DNA of 63,953 nucleotides, filler included, from Collodictyon triciliatum (Eukaryota): NCBI GenBank assembly GCA_043381765.1. It is 6 parts of 6 records of this genome, joined end to end, with 100 filler letters (N's around TTAATTAATTAA, not from the genome) between each part and the next. Parts side by side here need not be neighbours in the genome. Positions count along the whole stretch, not along the records: positions 34,448 to 51,785 come from JBHJMP010000549.1; positions 51,886 to 59,935 come from JBHJMP010000552.1; positions 60,036 to 63,953 come from JBHJMP010000653.1; 3 more parts are not named here. One strand, 5' to 3'. Shown piece by piece: positions 48,458 to 60,178 of this stretch (position 1 is its first letter; each line of letters starts with the position of its first letter). The notes under the pieces were generated by a model. It saw only the letters and a program-made list of their open reading frames with translations, ran no database searches and was not told where the DNA came from. The position numbers and the translations under genes were made by a program.

Positions 48458-48876
48458 ATCAAGCAGCATTCAACCGAAAACGCGGACAGATGAATCACGG
48501 CATCCTTTGTTTGGATATTACAGAAAAAAAATAACCTTCCTTCTGAATTCGTCGTCTATATTGATTGAATCACCAAATCGAATAAAACTGTGTACATGAC
48601 CTGCAGTGGATAATTTGAAGTCTTGGGAGCATTACTGGCACGTAAGATAGATATTAAGATTTTATTAAAGGTGATTATGGTAAGCTTCATATAAACAAGA
48701 GAAATTCTCAAATTTGTCGTATTGAATCTTCCTTGTCTATGACTTCCGTATGGTTATTTGATGGCAGAGTTGCCCATCTTCTTTTTACTCGCCAACACAT
48801 TCCAATTTAAGAGAAAGTGAGAAAGATATAATACGGGGAGATGATTATTCGTATGCATTATTGGGTTGGATTAGAC

Positions 48877-51505
48877 TCATGGCCTCCCCAACAAACATAT
48901 GTCGCCTTTTGATGTTCCTACCACCATTAAGAGCCCTAATGTAAAAAAATTGTATTATATTCACACGAGAACTTACAGTGAGCTTCATTCTAATTAATTA
49001 TGCCTTCTTCGTTGGTCGCGATGCATGACACAATCCCACTACACGGCTCATTCAGTTTCTATTAATTTTTAAGAAATAAAACGTGTTTACTGTGGAAAAT
49101 TCTACAAGGAAACAGATAACGGGAGGTACTGGACTTCTTTTTAACTTTCTTCTGGACTCATATACATATTCGTGTGATGCCTACTCATCTTTAAAAAAAA
49201 ATATTGTCATGCAGAAGAAACCTTTATGGCGCAGGGCGATGCAGGGAAAGGCCACAAAGGAGACCATAACATCACCTCAGAGTCGGATGTGCCAACCGCA
49301 ATGGTCTCGCCCTGTAACAACGAGACTCCTCGAGATGAAAGCAGTCTTTCTTCACCACATCCCTCTTCATAGTTGGATGAACAAAATTCTCCCAATATTT
49401 TCCTTTCAGCAATATCCCATATTTTTATCATTTGTTTGTTATCCAGAGTTGCCACCTGCAGCGGATTTCTTTGGGGTAGTATTGAAGTTATCGCAGCTGA
49501 TGAAATATGTCCGTTGAGAGGCTGGATATATCTCTTCTGGACAGAGTCCCATTTTGCCAACTTTTTTGAGGGTGTTGCACTTTCCAATGCGATAAGCGCA
49601 CCCTAATGGATNNNNNNNNNNNNNNNNNNNNNNNNNNNNNNNNNNNNNNNNNNNNNNNNNNNNNNNNNNNNNNNNNNNNNNNNNNNNNNNNNNNNNNNNN
49701 NNNNNNNNNNNNNNNNNNNNNNNNNNNNNNNNNNNNNNNNNNNNNNNNNNNNNNNNNNNNNNNNNNNNNNNNNNNNNNNNNNNNNNNNNNNNNNNNNNNN
49801 NNNNNNNNNNNNNNNNNNNNNNNNNNNNNNNNNNNNNNNNNNNNNNNNNNNNNNNNNNNNNNNNNNNNNNNNNNNNNNNNNNNNNNNNNNNNNNNNNNNN
49901 NNNNNNNNNNNNNNNNNNNNNNNNNNNNNNNNNNNNNNNNNNNNNNNNNNNNNNNNNNNNNNNNNNNNNNNNNNNNNNNNNNNNNNNNNNNNNNNNNNNN
50001 NNNNNNNNNNNNNNNNNNNNNNNNNNNNNNNNNNNNNNNNNNNNNNNNNNNNNNNNNNNNNNNNNNNNNNNNNNNNNNNNNNNNNNNNNNNNNTTTACTT
50101 TATGGACGAATGAATTCCGGCTCTCCGATTGCATATGGCTATCTATTTAATATAAATGTTAAACTAGCCATTATGTGTATCCCATTAAAAAGACAGTGAA
50201 ATTTTCTGTTTCACATGGGTAATTCATAGGTAAGTGAAAGTCCTTAAATATCATGGATTTCATGATGTACAATGATTACCTAGATGCTCAACAGCTTTTG
50301 ACATTAATCGCAAGTCCCATAGTTCGATCCGTCCACCTTTATTTATTATGAATTTTTATATAAAAAAACTATGGGTATTATCATCTTGGCTTTGCTTATC
50401 CCATCTCATAGAACAAACAGGTGAAAAAACATACATGTATGGGGTATATGAGAAAATACTGTACCCATAAATCCGATATATACAAGATCACGGGACACAT
50501 TGGAAAAGGTCACACAAGCGGGCTGAGAAGTCAACTTTATCTCACTAATGCTGTCATACTGTGATTCATCCCATAGACGAAGGCTTTTGTCCAATGAGAC
50601 AGATGCTATTGCCGTACCACAATGTGAATAAGCGCAATCAATCACAAAACTATGATGCCCTTGTAGTAACCGATGTGGTGTAACCTGCAAGCGATTTCTC
50701 TATGAACTAACTTTTTTAAAATATTAAACAAAAGTGTAATATGCTGCTACAATTACATAATAATAATAATAATAATAATTGATGCAGAAAACCACTAACC
50801 ATATGAAGAAAGAAAATAGCGTAGGGTGAATTTTAAGATAAATAAGTATCAGATGGTTCTAGTCATTTTTTGAAGGATTTAAAAGATTGGAAATGAATAA
50901 ATCGCTTGAATAATTTGTAATACGTTTAATACATACTGTCCCTGACGACCATTCCCAAAGCTTGATAGTGTGGTCATCTGATGCTGTGGCAATTCTGTTT
51001 GAACATTTGTTGTATACAACGCTGCATGGTGTAATTTTACATAAAGTTTTTTCGTTGCATCTTGTATTAACATGTAGCCATTCTCTTTGAGTGTATGTTC
51101 ATTTTTAATTTAAGTTTTATGCAAAGAATACGATTATTATTTTATTCTTTATCTCATCCCTCTAATAATGTTATCTGAGACTCATTGTTGTTTTTTTAAG
51201 GGTTTTGTGATTAATAATAGGTTCGCTAATCATAAGCAAGGTGTGGTAAAGGGCGATTCATCATACCGGTTGATGCTCTGTCGATGGACGGAGTATTCTG
51301 CCACCTGACTAACTCTATCTTGTGAGATTTTGTAGATAGTGACATATCCACTTCTGTCTACTGCGACGACGTTTTCGCCAAATACACATACATCTGCTGT
51401 GAGCGAATGACGGTTGCGGGAGAGAATAGTCGAATGTCTCGACCAAGAATCTACGATGGCTGAGATGGGAGACGGTCGAATAAAGTCTGTCGTCTTTCTT
51501 CGCAT
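48877..51505 (-). CDS. WD40-repeat protein (WDR13-like); internal gap
   Basis: LQGHHSFVIDCAYSHCGTAIASVSLDKSLRLWD; ATLDNKQMIKIWD; C-terminal SLLQGETIAVGTSD...KLNEPCSGIVSCIATNEEGLLMVVGTSKGDICLLGRP*. Confidence 0.8.
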
Positions 51506-51720
51506 AGTGATACGCTTTTGCTACTAATTATTATTATTGTTTTGTTTATTTTCAATGGTTTATTGATGTAAAATATAGCCGGGTGCACTTGCCAATATAT
51601 TTGTTTTGTTGGATTTCATTTATTATCTAGACTTTATCATATGTGATCGTTGCTCATTGTTCCGATTTTTCTTTTTCTTTTTCAATGGAACTATGTTGCT
51701 AAAATCAAGTGTTTTTTTTT

Positions 51721-51785
<65 letters not shown>

Positions 51786-51829
51786 NNNNNNNNNNNNNNN
51801 NNNNNNNNNNNNNNNNNNNNNNNNNNNNN

Positions 51830-51841
51830 TTAATTAATTAA
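51830..51841. other. Artificial scaffold linker
   Basis: TTAATTAATTAA within N padding. Confidence 0.97.
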
Positions 51842-51885
51842 NNNNNNNNNNNNNNNNNNNNNNNNNNNNNNNNNNNNNNNNNNNN

Positions 51886-51929
<44 letters not shown>

Positions 51930-52111
51930 GAAAAAAAAATAAAGATATAAACATAAAACAATAATTATGTATTCGGTGAAACCCTTAATATTGATAAAGA
52001 GAAATTCGCGAGGATTCCACCCAAAATTATCATAAATACTTACATGGATTGTTCATGCAGTTAAATCCATAATCATATTTAAACCTCTTTCATACATTTA
52101 TATATCTAAAG

Positions 52112-54819
52112 CTCTCAGTTAGCAAGTACCATGGTCGGAACCCCTTACTACCTGAGCCCAGAGTTATGCGAGAATAAACCTTACAATGGTTATATCTTAA
52201 TTTATACTTTAAATATATTCTACATTAATTACAAAAACATATATATATATTTCGTATATATGCAAAATATTAGCTACTAATTAACAGTATCCATCGGGAC
52301 TTAATTTCACTTTTTTTTTTATTTGCCAATAAAATTACAGCAAAATCCGATGTATGGGCTCTGGGGTGTACATTATATGAACTTTGTACACTAAAGCATC
52401 CTTTTGATGCTACAAACCAGGGTGCATTAATTCTCAAGATTCTTCGAGGAAAGTAAAATTTTGGCGATTTTGTTTTCTATTTTCCCATGCATTCACGAAT
52501 TACCTTTACATTATCGTATTTTTCCTTTCCTATTTTGAAAATGAGGGGCAACTATTGAATTAATTATTGTGTGAATGATGTGTCAAATTCATTCTATAGA
52601 GAACCTGAATAACGCATGGAGTCGAACTCTCAATAATGATTCATATATCTTGATAGATATCCGCCAATAACAGGATACACCGCTGAATTGCGAAAATTTG
52701 TGGATGCATGCCTCACCAGAGACACTGGAGTTCGGCCAGATGCCAACCAAATCCTTTCTCATAGATATTCTGCAATGAAGGTGTACTGCCAGTTTTCATA
52801 TTCATCTTTTATTTTTATTTTTATTTTTTTTAAAAAAAAGGCCTCAATTGAAAGGCAATAGAGAATCAATTATTAGAAAACAAAGAAAAAACAAAGAAAA
52901 AACAAAGAAAAAACAAAGAAAAAACAAAGAAAAAACAAAGAAAAAACAAAGAAAAAACAAAGAAAAAACNNNNNNNNNNNNNNNNNNNNNNNNNNNNNNN
53001 NNNNNNNNNNNNNNNNNNNNNNNNNNNNNNNNNNNNNNNNNNNNNNNNNNNNNNNNNNNNNNNNNNNNNTAGAAAAGAAAAGAAAAGAAAAGAAAAGAAA
53101 AGAAAAGAAAAGAAAAGAAAAGAAAAGAAAAGAAAAGAAAAGAAAAGAAAAGAAAAGAAAAGAAAAGAAAAGAAAAGAAAAGAAAAGAAACGAACAAACA
53201 ATACAGCTAGTTCACAGAGAAGTCGGCCGAGTGTGCGAGATTTGGCATTGGCTGAAGCAGGTTGTTTACTTGTTCGGTAGCTATAAACCATAGTCTGTTA
53301 AAGTCTGAAAATGATACATCTATTTAGTTTGTTAATCAGATACCAAATAGCATATCGAGATGACATTGCGGCTGTTCAGAATTTGCCATCCTTCATGACA
53401 CCAACGTTTAATTCATTGCTATCAATCTTATTCTTATTATTGTTGTTATCTCGCACACCCATTCTCACCCAAACCACTTTTCTTTTATACTAATGAAAAT
53501 CTTTTAAATGCGCCCGTGCAATTAGAAGTATATCCCATACAGGAAAGCCAGAGGAGCTCCGCAGAAAAGAATGGAATTGTGGAGCAGAGGTATCTTTGAC
53601 AACCGATATTTTTTTCATCATTTATTCGATTCAAAATTCTTTGACAACCGAGATGTCATTCTCTCGACAACTTCGACATCATTCAATTATTGAAAATATT
53701 ATATTGGATTAACCTATGCTTCTACACATCCGATATTTCTTTGTCGTAATAGCCACTCGATTGCAATCAAGATCAAGATGATGATTCTGACGATTCCGAT
53801 GATAGCACAGATTCAAACCCATTTATGAACAAAAGTAAATCGAATTAAAAAAAAAGCACTCTAAAAAAGTATTAAAGATATCATTGAGGTAATGAAGAGA
53901 TATGATGTACATGGAGCAATGTCCACCCTATCGTAAACAATTTATGTAGCTTCTGATAAAATCACTTGGAAAATCGTCGACCGCTCTGGGTTGAACTCCC
54001 GAACTGAGTCGAGACCAGGGACATCATCAGCTTCTCGACAGATATCCCATGAGACCGATTATAGACAAATCAAATCGCCTCCATTAGGCAGCACTATATC
54101 TAGGTTGTCAACCGACGAAGAAGCCTTGGATGATGAAGCAGGGGATGAATCTATCGAGGTTGCTCTTATTTGACAGGATGTATGTAGTGTATTAGAACTT
54201 TCCCATTCTCTCGCGTTCGGTGGACTTCAATAATATAAACCCGATAAACGGCTAGAATCATGTGGAGAGATCTGTTGACGAAGAAGCCATGCGAATTCAC
54301 GAACTGGAAGGACTTATTCAGGTATCACGACGACTCTTGCATCTAAATATACCCTGTTTAGTACTTTATTTGATTTCGCACATTATCTTTTCACTTTTTT
54401 TCTTCTAATTTTCACTTCTCAAGAAATCATATATCTACCTTCCCTCCATCTTGTGCTAGGAAACAAAAGCTCAGGTGGTAGATGAAATTGGAAGTGAGAC
54501 GTTTGACCAGCTCTTTGGGTTCTTTAGGGGTAAGTTGTCTGGTGTAGAGCTTATTACTGAGTATCTATGTTTATATTGTTGCCTTATTCGCTTTTACTGT
54601 GCAACTTACATCGCAAATTGTATATATTATGCTCACCTACACCATTGAACTGTACTCCTGTCAGCTCGTGCCGAAGATAGTGCTGACGATGAGCCCAAAG
54701 ACGATGCAGACTCAGACAACGTTGTCCAGTATGTCCTAAGCTATATCCAGCCGGAGCAGATAGACATTATCCAAAAGATATACAGATTGGTTTATTTGGA
54801 AGAGCTCTTGTCCACGTAA
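52112..54819 (+). CDS. NIMA-related (NEK) protein kinase, 5' part missing
   Basis: [64 protein letters not shown]; acidic tail; ends VYLEELLST*. Confidence 0.92.
53607..53637 (-). mobile_element. Micro-insertion family A, copy A4 (31 nt)
   Basis: Minus strand ATTTTGAATCGAATAAATGATGAAAAAAATA flanked by a perfect 14-bp repeat TCTTTGACAACCGA (53593-53606, 53638-53651; 16/17 if extended). Confidence 0.85.
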
Positions 54820-55177
54820 AAGAAATTTATGACGCCATGACAACCTCCTCTCTTTGGGACAGACCCACTTATAGATAGCACATGACTTCCACTTTCCTTA
54901 CCACCTCTTTCATCGTTTACCAATATTTCAAGTTTTTTTTTTTGTCTATTTCTTGCCGCCTTAATAATCACATTTTGACACATAATAAAGTTGCCCAGAA
55001 AGAACTATTCAGGGACTTAAGTTGCAACTAGTTGACCTAGTATCTAAAGTAATCGGAAAAGAAAAAAGAAAAAAAAAAGGTGAGGGGTTGCAACCGAATA
55101 TATCTACAACCAATCTGACATTACACGCGCCGGTGCTTATTGTTTTTGTTTTTATTTCGTGGCACTGAGGAAATTAA

Positions 55178-55435
55178 TTACGAGGCCGAAATGCTTGTCA
55201 TGGGGAAATCATCAGTGTTTTTTCCCTCTCCTCCTCTCTGTTGAAGGAGATGCGCTTTGATAATGAAGGCTATACCAGCGATGAGCAAGATGCCTCCCAA
55301 GACAACAAGTACAATCAAAATCACAAGCGAGGCCGTCTGGCATTCAGGTTTGATTGATATTAGAGAAATTTTGAGGGATACATACACAAAACCATGGCCA
55401 ACAAATCCCTCAAAAACAAAAAGCAAAAAGCAAAA

Positions 55436-55508
<73 letters not shown>

Positions 55509-58500
55509 NNNNNNNNNNNNNNNNNNNNNNNNNNNNNNNNNNNNNNNNNNNNNNNNNNNNNNNNNNNNNNNNNNNNNNNNNNNNNNNNNNNNNNNNNNNN
55601 NNNNNNNNAAAAAAAAAACGAAAAAAAAACAAAAAAAAACGAAAAAAAACGAAAAAAAAACACGAAAAAAAACAAAAAAAAAAGACAAGAAAATGGAGGA
55701 AAGAAAATTGCTTCGCAAAGTACTACAAACTGAAAAGAAAGTTACCAGAGCAGCTGTGACTGTTCCATGGTAGGTTTCAGATTGGTCCTTTGTAATCTGG
55801 CTGGACTCAGAGCTCCACATAACCGGGATGGGAGCGCTGGGGGCGTTAGACTTGTAGAAAGGTGAGTTGAAAATGTTGGTAGAACTAGAGCCAAAGTATA
55901 TTACGAATTGAACTCCAAGACGAGCATCCATAGTTGCACCTGTGATAGGGTCAATAGACAAGAACGGTTCATGTTGTTTGTTGTTAGGCTCCATCCCTTG
56001 AATAACATCGCCAGTGCTCTTCAGATACTTCACTTGGCTGCTGAATTCGCTGTCAGTGTAGAGCATATGCGGCAGCGTAACAAAGAATGGCAGTCCGGTC
56101 ACACCAGGAATGAACTCATATGTCGTGTAATTGTGGACACCGTCTGATTTATGATTATTATTATTTTTAAAAGCAATCAACTAAGTGATGTGCAAATCAT
56201 TTTCATGTGAAGGTGAGATAAATCATCTACTGTGTCTATTAATACAACTATTTTAAAAGAATAAAAATGAACCAATGTTGTAGTAGTATTTCTTGTTATT
56301 TGGATTCTTTGTCGAATTTGCTATCTCATAAGCATCCAGGACATAACGCCGGAGGTTGATTGAACGAACTTCGTAATCTTCCTTGTATTTCAAATTGATG
56401 GGACGAGTCAGAGTTGAGCTGAAGAGACAAAGGCTGTCTGGACGTTTGTCTGGCTTAAACTGGGAGATTTCTTGGCATTGAACCTGAAAAAAAATTATTA
56501 GAAAAAAAGGAGAGGAAAATAGGAAAGGAGGGAAATAGTAATTAAAATATAGAGCGAAAGTGCAAATTCGTTTAGCAAATACACACGTAGATGAACAAAA
56601 AAACCAAAATTAAAATAATACAAATGCAAATTACAACAAAATTGAAATTATGAAGATAATGACCTTGACAGGTTCTCCCCAAAGTTTGGAGCCATCTGAG
56701 CGGGTGAGAGAGTCCTTCCCAAAGTATTTAACATATTCTCTGATTTTCAATAAGCCCCCTTTCCCAGTGTAATTGATATTTTCGCCCATAGCTTGCCGTT
56801 GCTCCTTTGTGTAATTTGTGACAACACCAATCTTACTGACAGGAGATTTGATGAAGGTCAAGAACGGGTCCGGTTGGGTACCAAATACCATGTTGCGCAC
56901 AGTAGTTTTTTTCCACAAACATCCATAGTTCTCACAAATGGGTACCAATGTTTTGGAAAAGAAGTATGTAATGTAGTTATTCCAAAGTGATAGCTCTTGG
57001 GGTGATTGGAATCCGAAACAGGCGATTGCTTCTGAATAATATTCCATCTTTAACATATAATAAAATTTTCCAACATTGCTTGCATTCCTGAATCCACCAG
57101 GGGCACACAAGGCATTCCCTTCAATCAATGCCTTGGTCTATGAGAATGTTTTTTTCTTAAAAACTGGAATTTTTAATGTCACGAAAGGAAAAGAGATGTA
57201 TGTTCTAGTTATATAACTACTTTTTTTTTTTATGACCAAGGTGTATAATGAAGAAAAAAAAAAGGAGGTTCGTACCTTAGAGACAGAAAAGGCTGGGTTT
57301 CCAGAATTATCAACAAACTTTTTCCATCCAGCAAACTCAACATAGAAAGGGGCTTCTCCCAAACTGTGGAGACTAGCACCGCCCAACGCGGCAAGAGAGC
57401 CGAATTGAAGATAGGGAATATCTTCAGGTTGAGTGTAACCGAGAGACACCCATGCAGGCTGAATAGCTTTGAGAACAGTGTTTTGGCGGGTAGAAATGAA
57501 GCTAATGACCCAGTTCAGCAACCTATCAGACAATCACAGTGAGACTATCATACGTACCAACTTGTAGAGGAAAATAAAATCAGATTTAATCTATAATATA
57601 ATCAAGGTGCGAACGATGCACTTCACGTATCAACCAAACATGATATTTATTCACCTGACTGTATTGACCTGGGAAAGCCCAAAGTTTGTCTTCAAGAGAG
57701 CTTGTGCTTGAGCATCGCCTTTCGCAGCTGCATTCATTGCGATGAAAATATTATATTTTACACTGAGGATTGCAGAAACGATCATTTCGGGATGTTATTC
57801 AAATAATAAGTATGTCATATAAAAAAACCTTCCTAATACCACTCCAATATGAGACGGTATATTGTTGCATTTTGAAAAGAAAGGAAGTAAAATGTATATA
57901 AAAAAGGACTTTGCATTATTATCAAATGAGTAGGGAAAGAACCTTTGATCCAATAGGAAGCGGTTTGCTGATTGGTCATGGAATACGGGGTAGTGGATGA
58001 AAACAAAGAGGTGGCAAGGGTACGCGTAATCCCATCATCATTGCAGCTTGCTCCGAGGGCATTGAACGCCTCACACGACATCAGACGAAGCTGCCACGGA
58101 CCCGACCCAACAAGCGACTCACCAGGTGTTCCGGCAGCATTAGTGGCCAGATTCACAGATGTTAGAGAGAATGCAAAGTCGTCCAGGAAGGTTGCTTCCG
58201 CACCAGCATACGAATAAGCAACAGCGTTAGACTTCCATGCAGCCACCGTAGACGGAAATGCACTACTGTAGACTTTTGGAGTCAGACTGTCCTTGAGAGA
58301 GGTCATTGTACTGTCGATGAACGAAGCAAACAGACTCGAGCTGAGTCCAGCTTCAGTAAGACGTGGTGAATGGTCAGGGTTAGAGGCATCGAGCGGACGA
58401 TAGACGGCTGCGAGATAGGCCGGATTAACCTGTGTATATATTTTTGTTTTATATATAACATAGGGACGAATGTGTCTGTCCAGAAAATAATGTGTATATG

Positions 58501-58970
58501 AATCAACACAATATGAGAAAGATGAAATGCTAGATAACCTGGTAGATGACATCCGAGTCGTCATGAGGCGAGTTCTTGCCTTGAAAGTGGTAAGAGGTGA
58601 CGTCCTTTGTGGAGACGGTTTTGCCGCCGTCCTGGAAACTAACATCAACGCGCTCCACAACCTTCTCGTAGCGATACGGACCAATCTGCTGGACAATCGG
58701 CTGATCGCCATCTGCAACCACCTTGTCGATGTTTGTGATGTTGAAGACGTAGATGTTGTAGCTGTAGAAAGGGTCAGTCCCGTCGTTTGTGCGCAGCCAC
58801 GAGTCGTACCCGGCCGAGTCCACAGAGTCCACAACCACAGCCGAATTCACACCTTCCTGCAGCATCACCCGGATGCCTTGTGAGATACCGATGCCCAGTG
58901 CGATGAGCACAACTCCAATCACACTGAGCCACATGCCCCGGCGTTGCAGGGTTGCTATGTCCATTACCAT
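55178..58970 (-). CDS. CD36/LIMP-2/SR-B family membrane protein with an enlarged luminal loop
   Basis: N-terminal TM, YVFNITN...PIVQQIGPYRY, PFFVTLPHMLY, PNNKQHEPFLSIDPITG, IPVMW, C-terminal TM and short tail DDFPMTSISAS*. Confidence 0.9.
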
Positions 58971-59979
58971 CTGGCCTACTTTCCTACTTTTTTTCTCCCC
59001 CTATTGTAACGTTGTTAAGACAAATATGTTACATTCGGATTTCGGGGTCTTCTCTTTTCTTAGTTTCATAGCCCTGTTGGCCTGATTCATAGGATTGCTA
59101 TGCAGTGGTTCGGCTTTGGTCTAGGCCCCAGCGAAATGGCGTACAACCTCTGTGACAACCGAGCCCAGACAGGAACAGGTTTCGATCAATTTATTCACCC
59201 CCGCAGGAGAAAAATAGGCTTTGAGTATGATACTTTTACTTTGTCCACTAAACGAATCATTCACGGGTTGATTCAAATTTCCACGCGATTTTTTTTTATC
59301 TAATCAAGAAAAAAAAATCGCTGGCTAAACAATGGTCAATTCTATGGGAATTCCTTCATTGGGATGTGCTCCATTCCCTTTCTTTTCAAAATTGTAGCGG
59401 CATCATAGTTTGGAAGAAAAATAAATTTCTCATGCGAATAAACAAACCCAAAATGTGTTTCTTTTGTCACGTTATGATTCTTGAAAGTTGAACAAGTGTG
59501 GCCACCCTCTATCAACCTAAAATCTCGATTCACCGCATCTCTTCCGGAAATTGGATGCATTAGGCCAGTGGACGTAATTTTGCTATGCATAGCGACAGAA
59601 GGCCTTCTTCCTGATAAGGAACTACTTATTTCTGGAATTTATAGCACATTGCTACTTAAGTGCCCAAAATAGTGATTAAATCCATTTAAGATGCTATATT
59701 TTACTGAAATTTATAAAATTTTGCAACAGAAACAAAGAAGAATTATCATGAAAATAAAATACGAAGATTATAAAAACTATGGAACATGAAGAAAGTGAAA
59801 AAGAGAAATAAAAAAGAAAAGTAAAAGATACGGATCGAAAGAAACAAAAAAGAAACAAAAAAGAAACAAAAAAGAAACAAAAAAGAAACAAAAAAGAAAC
59901 AAAAAAGAAACAAAAAAGAAACAAAAAAGAAACAANNNNNNNNNNNNNNNNNNNNNNNNNNNNNNNNNNNNNNNNNNNN

Positions 59980-59991
59980 TTAATTAATTAA
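59980..59991. other. Artificial scaffold linker
   Basis: TTAATTAATTAA within N padding. Confidence 0.97.
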
Positions 59992-60178
59992 NNNNNNNNN
60001 NNNNNNNNNNNNNNNNNNNNNNNNNNNNNNNNNNNTTCTTTTTTCTTTTTTCTTTTTTCTTTTTTCTTTTTTCTTTTTTCTTTTTTCTTTTTTCTTTTTT
60101 CTTTTTTCTTTTTCAATGAATAAACGAGCGATTTATTGCTGCTTTTATTTACTATCTATTTAATTCCTCGCATTACAG

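Noticed and set aside
33590-52586. Identical 17-mer TGTGAATGATGTGTCAA at 33590 and 52570 (snoRNA box or third family?)
   Set aside because: No extension of similarity, no convincing TSD and no proper C/D pair. One such match is plausible by chance in AT-rich sequence.
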